A DNA stretch of 32,000 nt. Origin: Delftia acidovorans NBRC 14950. GTDB taxonomy: Bacteria; Pseudomonadota; Gammaproteobacteria; Burkholderiales; Burkholderiaceae_C. Shown here piece after piece: positions 1 to 7,937 of this stretch. Positions within the stretch are counted from its first letter, which is position 1, and every line of letters begins with the position of its first letter. The DNA is taken from positions 150,001 to 182,000 of the forward strand of contig NZ_BCZP01000007.1 in assembly GCF_001598795.1 (NCBI RefSeq), written 5' to 3'. The notes under the pieces were generated by a model. It worked only from the letters and a program-made list of their open reading frames with translations, had not been told where the DNA came from and did no database searches. Made by a program: the position numbers and the translations under genes.

Positions 1-1
1 G

Positions 2-124
2 GAAGGCCTGAAGGTCTGGCACCCAGGCCGCGGCACGGGCTACAGCCTGCTGGAGCGCGCGGTGACGGACGAGGCCTTCTACGACGCCGAAGGCCGCATC
101 ACCGTGCAGGACTACCGTTACTGA
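2..124 (+). CDS. 3' end of an unidentified gene (last 40 codons, cut by the window edge)
   Basis: The frame is open from the window edge to TGA at 122-124. It has strong G/C third-position bias (EGLKVWHPGRGTGYSLLERAVTDEAFYDAEGRITVQDYRY*). No family recognised. Confidence 0.4.
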   Translation, partial: EGLKVWHPGRGTGYSLLERAVTDEAFYDAEGRITVQDYRY

Positions 125-132
125 CACGCGCC

Positions 133-1386
133 ATGGCCATGCCTGATTCCGACAGCGGCACCCTGCCCGCCTCCACCCTGCCTGTCATCGACCTGCAGGG
201 CCTGGGCTTCGATGCCGGTGCCCATCTTCTGGTCAAGCACGCGCTGGCCGCCCTGCCCGTGGGCGGGCAGCTGCGCGTGACCGGCAGCGCGCCGGGCTGG
301 CAGGCCCAGCTGTCGGGCTGGTGCAGCGACCAAGGCCACGGCCTGCGCTGGGAGGACGGCGCGGGTGCAGCACAGGCCATGGCCATCGTGGCGCGCGGCA
401 GCGCGCAGTCCGGGCGCTGGCGTGGCGCGGCGCAGACGGGCCGCAGCGATGCACGCGCGGGCGGCGATGCCGTGGCCGCGCAGGCCCAGCCTTTCTGGGG
501 CCTGGCCGCGCGTGGCGCGCAGGTGGAAGCCGGGGCGCCGGCCTTCCATTTCCGGCTCAGCGACAAGCTGCAGGTCTGGACCGACAGCGCCGCCGACCTC
601 TACGCCCAGGCCGTGGCCGCGCAGTGGAATGCCGATACCGACATCGACTGGTGCGATGCACCCGAGCTCCCCGCACCCGTGGAAGACGCCATCGTCCAGC
701 TCATGACCTACATGGTGGAGAACGAGAACGCGGCCCTGCTGGTGCCTGCGCGCTTTCTGGGCCAGCTGCACCCGCACTACCGCGAGCTGCAGGCGGCGCT
801 GGCCATCCAGGTGGCCGACGAGGCGCGGCACATCGATGTCTTCACGCGCCGCATCCGCCGCCACGGCCGCGAGCCCGCCCTGTCCACGGCGGGCGGCCAG
901 GCCTCGCTCAAGAGCCTGCTGGACGAGACGGATTTTTCCGTGGCGGGCTTTTTGCTGTCGGTGCTGGGCGAAGGCACCTTCGTGCACCTGCTGCAGTTCC
1001 TGCAGACCGAGGCGCCCGACCCCCTCACACGCCAGATCTGCCGCCTGGCCGCGCGCGACGAGGCGCGCCATGTGGCCCTGGGCATGTCCCACCTGCTGTA
1101 CCGCCTGCAGCACGAGCCCGGCTTCCAGCACCAGCTGGCCCAGGCCGTGGAGCAGCGCTTCGACAACCTGGCCGGCACCTCGGGCCTGAACGAGGAAGTC
1201 TTCGACGCCCTGATCCTCATCGCCGCCGGCGCCCTCACCCCCGAAGCCCTGGCCCGCGGCGCCGCCCGCGTGCAGCAGCTCATGCGCGACATGGCCGACG
1301 GCCGGTTTTCCAAGCTGCTGCGGCTGGGGTTTGAGCGTGGGCATGCGGAGCGGCTGGCTTCGCTGCATACGCGCAATTTCATGTAG
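133..1386 (+). CDS. Ferritin-like di-iron carboxylate protein with a TusA-like N-terminal domain that lacks the catalytic Cys
   Basis: 417-aa ORF. It has two E...ExxH pairs typical of four-helix-bundle di-iron proteins (VENENAA...ADEARHIDVF and LGEGTF...ARDEARHVALG). The N-terminus (IDLQGLGFDAGAHLLVKHALAALPVGGQLRV) resembles the TusA 'D.RGL.CP.P' fold, but with FD in place of CP. Confidence 0.7.
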   Translation: MAMPDSDSGTLPASTLPVIDLQGLGFDAGAHLLVKHALAALPVGGQLRVTGSAPGWQAQLSGWCSDQGHGLRWEDGAGAAQAMAIVARGSAQSGRWRGAAQTGRSDARAGGDAVAAQAQPFWGLAARGAQVEAGAPAFHFRLSDKLQVWTDSAADLYAQAVAAQWNADTDIDWCDAPELPAPVEDAIVQLMTYMVENENAALLVPARFLGQLHPHYRELQAALAIQVADEARHIDVFTRRIRRHGREPALSTAGGQASLKSLLDETDFSVAGFLLSVLGEGTFVHLLQFLQTEAPDPLTRQICRLAARDEARHVALGMSHLLYRLQHEPGFQHQLAQAVEQRFDNLAGTSGLNEEVFDALILIAAGALTPEALARGAARVQQLMRDMADGRFSKLLRLGFERGHAERLASLHTRNFM

Positions 1387-1440
1387 GCACGAGAAACGGA
1401 CCCGATGCCCGGTGCCCGATCGCCACAGGAACAGCGCCGG

Positions 1441-4299
1441 TCAATCCACGATCAATTTGCTGTTGTTCAGCAGCTGCGTGATGATCTGCTCGTCCGTGGT
1501 GGCGCCGGAGTACAGCGCCTGCAGATTCACGCCTTCCAGGATGATCTGCTGTGTCTCGGCCGATGCCGAGTAGCCTGCACCCACCGCATGGGAGTCTGCA
1601 CCGAAGCCGCCCGTGTGGCTGACATGGACCCATGTATCGCCTCCCGTGATCTCGAAGTGCAGGTAGTTGGCCAGGTTGCCTGCGGCATTGCTGGGGCCTG
1701 CGGATTCACCCTGCAGCAGGTCGCGCAGGTCCAGTACATCACCGCCTGCGCCGTTGGTTCCCGCTGCCGCCGTGGAGAAGTTCTGGATTCGGTCCAAGGC
1801 CGGCGTTCCCGCCGCCCCCTGATCTCCCAGCGACCAGACAAAGACATCCACAAAGCTCTCGCCCGCATCGCCGCCTATCAACAGGTCGTCGCCGGAGCCT
1901 CCGATCAGCCGGTCCGTGCCCGATCCCGCGTTGAGGGTGTCGTTGCCGCTGCCGCCGATCAGCACATCGGAGCCCGAGCCCGCCGACAGGTTGTCGTCGC
2001 CAGCGCCCCCGAAAACGATGTTGTTTCCGCTGCCGGCGTTGATGGTGTTGGCGCCGTTGCCACCGGTGATGTATTCGTTGGCCGAGTTGCCCGTATGGTT
2101 GCCGCTCTCGGTCGTGGTGATATCCACGGTCGTATATGAGGCCTTGAGCGTGACCACGGTGGATGTCGATGCCGTGAAGCCGCCGCTGACCTCCGTCGCC
2201 GTGACCTGGACCGTGAGATGCGTGGCGTTCGTGGTGTAGCTGCCAGGCAGATTCAGGATGAGATTGGGCAGGTCGGCCTCGGTGAATTGCCAGACACCAC
2301 CACCCAGGTTCGTACCCGCATTGAAGGACAGATTGGTGGGCAGTCCACTGATCCTGATCGACAGGGTTTCCGAGCCATCCGTATCCACCAGCTTCGTGGT
2401 TATCGGAAACCTGACGCTGGTCCCGCCTGTCCCGTGTGCGATGGCCAGCAGGGACTTCAGGACAACGACCGAAGGAGCGCTGGCCGCCCCAACCGACAGA
2501 TTGACCGTGCCAATACTGGTGCCGCCGCGTCCATCGCTGACGTCGTAGAGAAAGCTGGCCGGTCCTTCGTAGCCTGCAGCGGGCGTGAACAGCACCCCGC
2601 CCGCCTGCAATGCAAGGCTGCCATTGACCGGCGAATGAGCCAAGGTGATGGTCAGGCTGTCGCCGTCGGCATCCGTGTCATTGGCCAGCAGCGTGGCAAA
2701 GCTGATGCTCAGCGGGATGTCCGTGGCAACCATCAATTGATCTGCCACGGCAACCGGTGCATCGTTCACGGGAGTGACCGTGATGGAAACGGTGGCGATG
2801 TTTCCCATGGCCTGCCCGTCGCTGGCACGGTAGGTGAAGCTATCGGAAGTCGTCTCGCTGCCGTTGTGGATATAGGTGAAGGTGCCATTGCCGTTCAGCG
2901 TCAGGGACCCGTTCGCCGGACCCGTCACCAGCACCGCGACGAGCGGATTGCCGTCAGGGTCCGTGTCGTTGGCCAGCACGCTGGTTGCACCGCTGGCAAG
3001 GACCGTGGCCACAGCGCCCTCGGCCACCACTATCGCATCGGAGACAGACACTGGCGGTTGATTGCCGGAGGGCGCAGCAGCAACCGTCACCGACACACTG
3101 GCCGTGGCAGAACCGCCCCTGCCGTCGCCAATGGTGTAGGTGAAGCTGTCGCTGCCGGTGAAGTTGGCGTTCGGCGTGTAGACCGGATTGCCCGTGACGG
3201 CATCCACGACCACGGAACCGTGGGTGCCCTGGGTGATGCCGTAAACGGTCAGGCTGTCCCCATCCGCATCGCTGTCGTTCCCGCGCACGGCGATGGTGAC
3301 GGATGTATCGGCATCGGTGGTGGCCGTATCGTTGCCGGCCACGGGCACCCGGTTCACGAAAACACTCAGCGTGCTGGACGCGCCGGTCTGCACGGTGTAG
3401 CCGATGGCCAGCGGATGGCCGCCGCTGTAGTTCGCATCCGCCTGGAAAGTGAAGCTGCCGTCTGCCTGCAGCGCGAAGGTCCCGCGCCCCGCCACGTTCC
3501 GGGAGCTGCCGGCCGCCACGGTCTGGCCTTCATAGGTGAAGCTGGCGACCACGAGCGCCCCATCGGCATCGGAATCGTTGGACAGCACATTGCCCGTGCG
3601 CTGCCCGGCCGTGTCCACCTGCACGCTGTCGGGCGCAAGCACGCTGGCATGGCTGCCGCGCACGGTTTCCGCCGCCGCGGCGCACAGTTGCGCCACGTCC
3701 ACCCAGCATGAATCGCCCGCCTCCAGCGCGGCGCCGACTGCGCAGGCGCTGCCGGGACGCGGGGCCGTCGATGGAATCGCGCCCGGCACGCCCAGCGGAA
3801 AGCAGGTGTTCCACACAGGGTCCGTGATGCCGGTGACTTTCAGCCGCACCGACGTCTGGTTGCGATAGACCACGGGCAGGAATCCCTGCGGTGCGCCATC
3901 GGCACCCAGCGCTGTCGCCTGCACGGGAACGGTGAGCGTCTCGCCTGCGGCCTGGTTGAAGGCTTCCTGCAATTCCTGAATCTGGGCCTGCACCCGCTCG
4001 CCCCAGACCGCCGTGGCTGCGGTCACGACAACAGCACCGCCCATGGCCCAGGCACGCAGGCCGACCAGGGAGATCCGCCCTTTTTGTACACCCCGCACAA
4101 GGTAGGCCCCCAAGGCCAACGCCAGCAGCGCAAGAGCGCCAGGGTGGTCCACAGGAATCGCCGCCGGCGCCACGGCTGCCAGCGGTGCCACCGTGATGCT
4201 CTGGGCCTGGGCGGCCGGTAAGGCACAGGCCACGGCCAAGGCGCCCAACGCCTGTGCGAGCCCCGTGCCACGGGCAAGGAATTGGAAAAGTTGCAGCAT
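1441..4299 (-). CDS. T1SS-secreted RTX/cadherin-like repeat adhesin
   Basis: Four Asp-rich cadherin/VCBS-like modules (NDSDADGALVV, NDSDADGDSLTV, NDTDPDGNPLV, NDTDADGDSLTI; VNDAPVAV). A nonapeptide Ca-binding run (GGNGANTINAGSGNNIVFGGAGDDNLSAGSGSDVLIGGSGNDTLNAGSGTDRLIGGSGDDLLIGG). The C-terminus matches the VC_A0849-type T1SS target domain (...DVLDLRDLLQGE...NYLHFE...QLLNNSKLIVD). Start placed at ATG 4299; the ORF track's 4398 start is a TTG. Confidence 0.85.
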   Translation of the reverse strand: MLQLFQFLARGTGLAQALGALAVACALPAAQAQSITVAPLAAVAPAAIPVDHPGALALLALALGAYLVRGVQKGRISLVGLRAWAMGGAVVVTAATAVWGERVQAQIQELQEAFNQAAGETLTVPVQATALGADGAPQGFLPVVYRNQTSVRLKVTGITDPVWNTCFPLGVPGAIPSTAPRPGSACAVGAALEAGDSCWVDVAQLCAAAAETVRGSHASVLAPDSVQVDTAGQRTGNVLSNDSDADGALVVASFTYEGQTVAAGSSRNVAGRGTFALQADGSFTFQADANYSGGHPLAIGYTVQTGASSTLSVFVNRVPVAGNDTATTDADTSVTIAVRGNDSDADGDSLTVYGITQGTHGSVVVDAVTGNPVYTPNANFTGSDSFTYTIGDGRGGSATASVSVTVAAAPSGNQPPVSVSDAIVVAEGAVATVLASGATSVLANDTDPDGNPLVAVLVTGPANGSLTLNGNGTFTYIHNGSETTSDSFTYRASDGQAMGNIATVSITVTPVNDAPVAVADQLMVATDIPLSISFATLLANDTDADGDSLTITLAHSPVNGSLALQAGGVLFTPAAGYEGPASFLYDVSDGRGGTSIGTVNLSVGAASAPSVVVLKSLLAIAHGTGGTSVRFPITTKLVDTDGSETLSIRISGLPTNLSFNAGTNLGGGVWQFTEADLPNLILNLPGSYTTNATHLTVQVTATEVSGGFTASTSTVVTLKASYTTVDITTTESGNHTGNSANEYITGGNGANTINAGSGNNIVFGGAGDDNLSAGSGSDVLIGGSGNDTLNAGSGTDRLIGGSGDDLLIGGDAGESFVDVFVWSLGDQGAAGTPALDRIQNFSTAAAGTNGAGGDVLDLRDLLQGESAGPSNAAGNLANYLHFEITGGDTWVHVSHTGGFGADSHAVGAGYSASAETQQIILEGVNLQALYSGATTDEQIITQLLNNSKLIVD

Positions 4300-4337
4300 G
4301 GGTCTGGCCTGGAAGAAAAGATCCGAAGATCCGAACA

Positions 4338-4357
4338 GGCGGGGAACGCTCCCCGCC
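4338..4357 (-). terminator. GC-rich hairpin between the rhs remnant and the adhesin start (candidate terminator)
   Basis: Perfect 8-bp stem GGCGGGGA/TCCCCGCC with a 4-nt loop. On the minus strand it is followed by a T-rich but interrupted tract (tgttcggatcttcggatcttttcttcc). Confidence 0.35.
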
Positions 4358-4488
4358 GCTGCCTTCAGGCAGGCCACAAATGACTGCTCTGCTGACAATT
4401 TCTTACTCTAGACGATGGTCTGCGCAGCGCATATCCCTGAAAGCAGGTAATTGGCAGCTGAGAAGCCCTCCTGGCACACGCCACTTGA

Positions 4489-4925
4489 AGGCCGTTGGCG
4501 TATTGCGTGGGTTGAACAGCCAGGGGGCGGTGTTGCCGGCCAGCACGGCTGCGTCGGTGTCGCTGTGCAGGGTCTGGGTGTTGTCTGTCCCGCGAATCTC
4601 GAAGCTGCGGCGGGCATGCAGGCCGTCCCACTGGATACGTTCATAGGCCAGCGGGCTGTAGGTGGCCGCGCTGCCTTGCGTGGCCTTGTTCAGGCCCGCG
4701 TTGCTGAGGAATTTTCTGCGCGCAGGTTGCCTGCGTTGTAGCGGTACTGGGCCAGGGTCTGCGCACCGCTGCCGTGGTCCTGGTCCACGCGGATGAGCTG
4801 GTCCTGGGCGTTCCAATGGTAGCTGGTGGTGGAGGTGACGGCACCCTTTGTCTGCGCCTGCGTGAGGCGGTTGCCGTTGGCGTCGTAGGTGTAGCTGGCG
4901 CTGGCTGCGCCGCTGATCTCGGTGC
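4489..4925 (-). repeat. rhs core direct repeat, copy C (degraded)
   Basis: Aligns by eye to 8497-8925 with scattered mismatches and two 1-nt deletions. Confidence 0.8.
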
Positions 4926-5045
4926 TGCTGGTTTCGCCTGCCCCGCTCTGGCTGGTGCGGCGATTGAGGGCGTCGTACTGGATGGTGGTGCTGCTGCCAC
5001 CCGGGGCAGAGGCAGTGACTGCGGTATCGCCGCATCTCGTTCACT
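4489..5045 (-). pseudogene. Rhs/YD-repeat core remnant (orphan cassette 3), frameshifted, with no C-terminal tip
   Basis: It translates as ...TASAPGGSSTTIQYDALNRRTSQSG...SYTYDANGNRLTQAQTKGAVTSTTSYHWNAQDQLIRVDQDHGSGAQTLAQYRYNAGNLRAE. Relative to the copy near 8720 it has a 1-nt deletion (ttttct versus tttttct near 4710). A second 1-nt deletion lies near 4510 (gtgggttg versus gtgcggttg). Homology stops abruptly at about 4489. Confidence 0.8.
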
Positions 5046-5060
5046 GAATATCAGTGCATC

Positions 5061-5525
5061 CTAGCCATGAATTTCAATTAATTCCTTCAAATATTTTTCC
5101 ATAGCAACGAAATGTATGGCTGTTGCAAAAGGTCGCTTTGGATCCTGTTTTGAGTTTTCTCTAATTAAAGAGGGAATCTCCTCGTTAAGCCAGAGTTCTC
5201 GATGTGGATATATAGCATATTTTTCCCCTTCAATATCCTCAATTAACATGTGGCCACGCCAAGCATCCTCATATAGCCTATTTGAAATCAGAGAGATGAA
5301 TATAATAGCCTCATCCCCAATAGACAATTGGGCATCCCCCCACGTCCCAGGAGAGCAGACAAAATCAATTTCCCTTCCCAAAGCAGATAAATCAATTCCT
5401 TTCTGCGTCGATAATATCTCCACCACTATCGCCTTCAATACTTGAGGCTCTGGGGAACTGATAACACGAGCCACTATGACATCATGCTTTTTTACCTTAC
5501 TTACCAAAAAATCTTGATTTCTCAT
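5061..5525 (-). CDS. Candidate immunity protein for the orphan Rhs tip CT2 (no recognised family)
   Basis: 154-aa AT-rich ORF directly downstream of the CT2 toxin. Its ATG (5525-5523) overlaps the toxin's TGA (5524-5522) as ATGA. An alternative ATG lies at 5537. The protein is small and acidic, as expected for a polymorphic-toxin immunity gene. Confidence 0.6.
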   Translation of the reverse strand: MRNQDFLVSKVKKHDVIVARVISSPEPQVLKAIVVEILSTQKGIDLSALGREIDFVCSPGTWGDAQLSIGDEAIIFISLISNRLYEDAWRGHMLIEDIEGEKYAIYPHRELWLNEEIPSLIRENSKQDPKRPFATAIHFVAMEKYLKELIEIHG

Positions 5526-7198
5526 TCCGGCTTCCATGGCATACCCAATTTCTCCAATAATGGCATGTAGTTTCTCATATTACCCGTCGCCTCTGGTATA
5601 GGTATACCAATACTCATTGGAAATGTCGCACAATTGAATGTGCATGAATTTTTCCCGGGGAAACCATACATAGCATTATTCATCGGACTATTTATTCCGA
5701 TTGCATTATGCGCTGATTTTATCATATCAAATTGCTCATGAGACATAGGAATCCTATGTTCTATTACCGCCCGAGGAACACCACCTCGGCTAGCAGCGCT
5801 GCTGTTAGCAATTGATCGGAAAATAGCCGTGTCATCCGTGATAACTCCGGGATAACTTGCACCATTTCTTAGCAACTGCACCGCTTCAAAAGCAGAGATG
5901 CCATCAGGCATTTTTGGCCCAAATCCATAAATGGTTTTTCCTCCATCAAATGAATAACCAACATGCCCGGTTACAACATAAGGATGAGGCGCATCTACAG
6001 CCATCAAATCTCTAGTAGAGCCTGCACCTCGAAAGCCAAAAAGGCTGACTGTTGGAACCTCTGTGTTTGAGGGCACTTCGCTTGCTGAGCTGTGTGTCCG
6101 AGCATCATTCCTCACAGCCTGAGCAGTCTTGCTCACCGACTTCCATTCCCCAGCCGCCCGAAGCCTTGGCCCTTCGGCTACCAGTGTCGGCGTTGTGTCG
6201 CTCACCTCTGGCCGGACTTTTGCCGCTTCTATGGTCGGCGTCTTCGCCGCCAGCACAGGCTCCGTGGTTTGGAGTTCCTTTGCCAGTGCTCTTGCTACCG
6301 TCCTCCGATCCAGGCTGCTTTTGATGGCATTTGCCAGAGGTACCGATCCGGCCCCCAACGCACCACCCACGGCCGCCGAAGTTGCCGTTTGCTGCAGGTC
6401 ATAGCCGCTCTGGATGCCACCACCCATGTGCGCCGCCTGTGTGGCAGCATCGCCTGCCGCGCCGCTGCTGGCTCCTACAACAGCAGCCACTGCTACTCGT
6501 CCTGCGGTGCTGCTGGCTGCGCCCACCAAGGCACCTCCAGCAGCTCCAGTAGCCACGTTCAGTCCCGCCACGGCCAGGCCGCCGCCCACGCCTGCACCCC
6601 AATACTGGCCTTGGCTGATCTTGCCTTCGTCGTAGGCATCTCGCATGGGGTCGTGCACGCTGGCAAAGCCCAGCGTGGAGGCCACGTATAGGCCTTTGCC
6701 CAGGGCGTAGAGGGCGCAGGTGAAGCGGCCACATCCTTCTGCAGCGTTGTCGATCAGGGTGGAGGTCGACTGCTCCCCATTCGGATCCACATACCGATAC
6801 GGGTTGTACCTGCCGTACTGGTAAGCACCCCAGGTAATCGGCAGCCTCGCCTCACCCTCCACCGGGTCACGGCTGATGAACTGGCCGCTGGCCGGGTCGT
6901 AGTAGCGTGCCCTGGCGTACAGCAGGCCCGTTTCCGGGTCTGCGTAGTAGCTTCCGAAGCTGTGGCCGTTGCTCTTGAGGCCTACGCCCGCGTTGCCGCT
7001 GGCTTTGCTGTCCACGCTGCCGTAGGCGCCGTACAGCAGCAGGCTTTCGGCCTTGGCCGTGCCGCCTTCGCTGGCAACGGTGGCCACCAGGTTGCCGTTG
7101 CTGTCCGCATGCAGTTGCGTGGTGCTGCTGGTGCTGCCCAGGCCGTTGGCGTATTGCGTGCGGTTGAACAGCCAGGGGGCGGTGTTGCCAGCCAGCAC
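5522..7198 (-). CDS. Orphan Rhs cassette 2: RHS repeat-associated core end plus a 416-aa polymorphic C-terminal tip (CT2)
   Basis: The core end (...YYDPASGQFISRDPVEGEARLPITWGAYQYGRYNPYRYVDPNGE) carries the PxxxxDPxG motif that marks the Rhs core/tip boundary at 6773. The frame is open up to a TAA near 7412, and the first possible start in it is GTG 7198. Diverged, frameshifted YD-repeat homology continues to about 7505, a few nt below the previous cassette's stop. Confidence 0.75.
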   Translation of the reverse strand: MLAGNTAPWLFNRTQYANGLGSTSSTTQLHADSNGNLVATVASEGGTAKAESLLLYGAYGSVDSKASGNAGVGLKSNGHSFGSYYADPETGLLYARARYYDPASGQFISRDPVEGEARLPITWGAYQYGRYNPYRYVDPNGEQSTSTLIDNAAEGCGRFTCALYALGKGLYVASTLGFASVHDPMRDAYDEGKISQGQYWGAGVGGGLAVAGLNVATGAAGGALVGAASSTAGRVAVAAVVGASSGAAGDAATQAAHMGGGIQSGYDLQQTATSAAVGGALGAGSVPLANAIKSSLDRRTVARALAKELQTTEPVLAAKTPTIEAAKVRPEVSDTTPTLVAEGPRLRAAGEWKSVSKTAQAVRNDARTHSSASEVPSNTEVPTVSLFGFRGAGSTRDLMAVDAPHPYVVTGHVGYSFDGGKTIYGFGPKMPDGISAFEAVQLLRNGASYPGVITDDTAIFRSIANSSAASRGGVPRAVIEHRIPMSHEQFDMIKSAHNAIGINSPMNNAMYGFPGKNSCTFNCATFPMSIGIPIPEATGNMRNYMPLLEKLGMPWKPE

Positions 7199-7400
7199 GG
7201 CTGCGTCGGTGTCGCTGTGCAGGGTCTGGGTGTTGTCTGTCCCGCGAATCTCGAAGCTGCGGCGGGCGTGCAGTCCATCCCACTGGATGCGCTCATACGC
7301 CAGCGGGCTGTAGGTGGCCGTGCGGCCTTGCGTGGCTTTGTTCAGGCCCGCGTTGCTGAGGAATTTTTCTGCACGCAGGTTGCCTGCGTTGTAGCGGTAT
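6773..7400 (-). repeat. rhs core direct repeat, copy B
   Basis: Aligns to 8130-8757 at a constant offset of 1357. About 6867-7265 appears identical, because the off-frame ORFs 6867..7283 and 8224..8640 give identical peptides apart from the first residues. Confidence 0.9.
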
Positions 7401-7517
7401 TGCCGTGATCCTTATCTACGCTGACTAGCTGGTCAGGGCCGCTGTCGCGATAGTTCAGCGTAGTTGCAGCACCAGTGTCCAGATTCTGTGGCTTTTGCCA
7501 GCACTCGATTTACCCCT

Positions 7518-7937
7518 CTACTTCCTCAAAGGTAGCAAATCTCGACCATCAATTTCATAAATATCGGTACTGAAAACAACTGAGAAATTTTCAGAATTTA
7601 TGTCAACAACAGCCTTAAAAATAACAAAAACCTCATTTGACGCATTAGATATAATATAACGCTTCGCACCAGTATCAGGATCGGTTTTGACGAGAATATA
7701 TCCACCATTCCTCTCTTCCCAAGAGTCTCCCGCGCCTAGTACTGACGAAGGAATTCCTGTAAAACAAAATTCCCAAACTCCTTCACTTTTTTTGCAACCT
7801 CCATAGTTAGTAGAAGTTCTAAACCAAGAAGGCCAAGTCTCTTTTGGATAAATTCTCAGAAAACCTTCAAAGAACAGTTGAGAAGCCTTATCAAATTCAC
7901 TAGTCAAATTATCTTTCTTCACTCTAATTTCCCCCAT
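7518..7937 (-). CDS. Possible immunity-type ORF (139 aa), in frame with and embedded in the end of cassette 1
   Basis: An AT-rich block of about 470 nt (about 7518-7985) is the size of the 465-nt immunity gene of cassette 2. There is an internal ATG at 7937. No separate ORF fits between the cassette 1 stop (7518) and the start of cassette 2 homology (about 7505). No clear Shine-Dalgarno sequence. Confidence 0.25.
   Translation of the reverse strand: MGEIRVKKDNLTSEFDKASQLFFEGFLRIYPKETWPSWFRTSTNYGGCKKSEGVWEFCFTGIPSSVLGAGDSWEERNGGYILVKTDPDTGAKRYIISNASNEVFVIFKAVVDINSENFSVVFSTDIYEIDGRDLLPLRK

Noticed and set aside
4300-4398. The TTG start at 4398 for the adhesin (ORF-track start).
   Set aside because: It would place a strong 8-bp GC hairpin (4338-4357) and non-protein-like sequence inside the coding region. 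ATG 4299 gives a signal-like N-terminus. This remains uncertain, because neither start has a good Shine-Dalgarno sequence.
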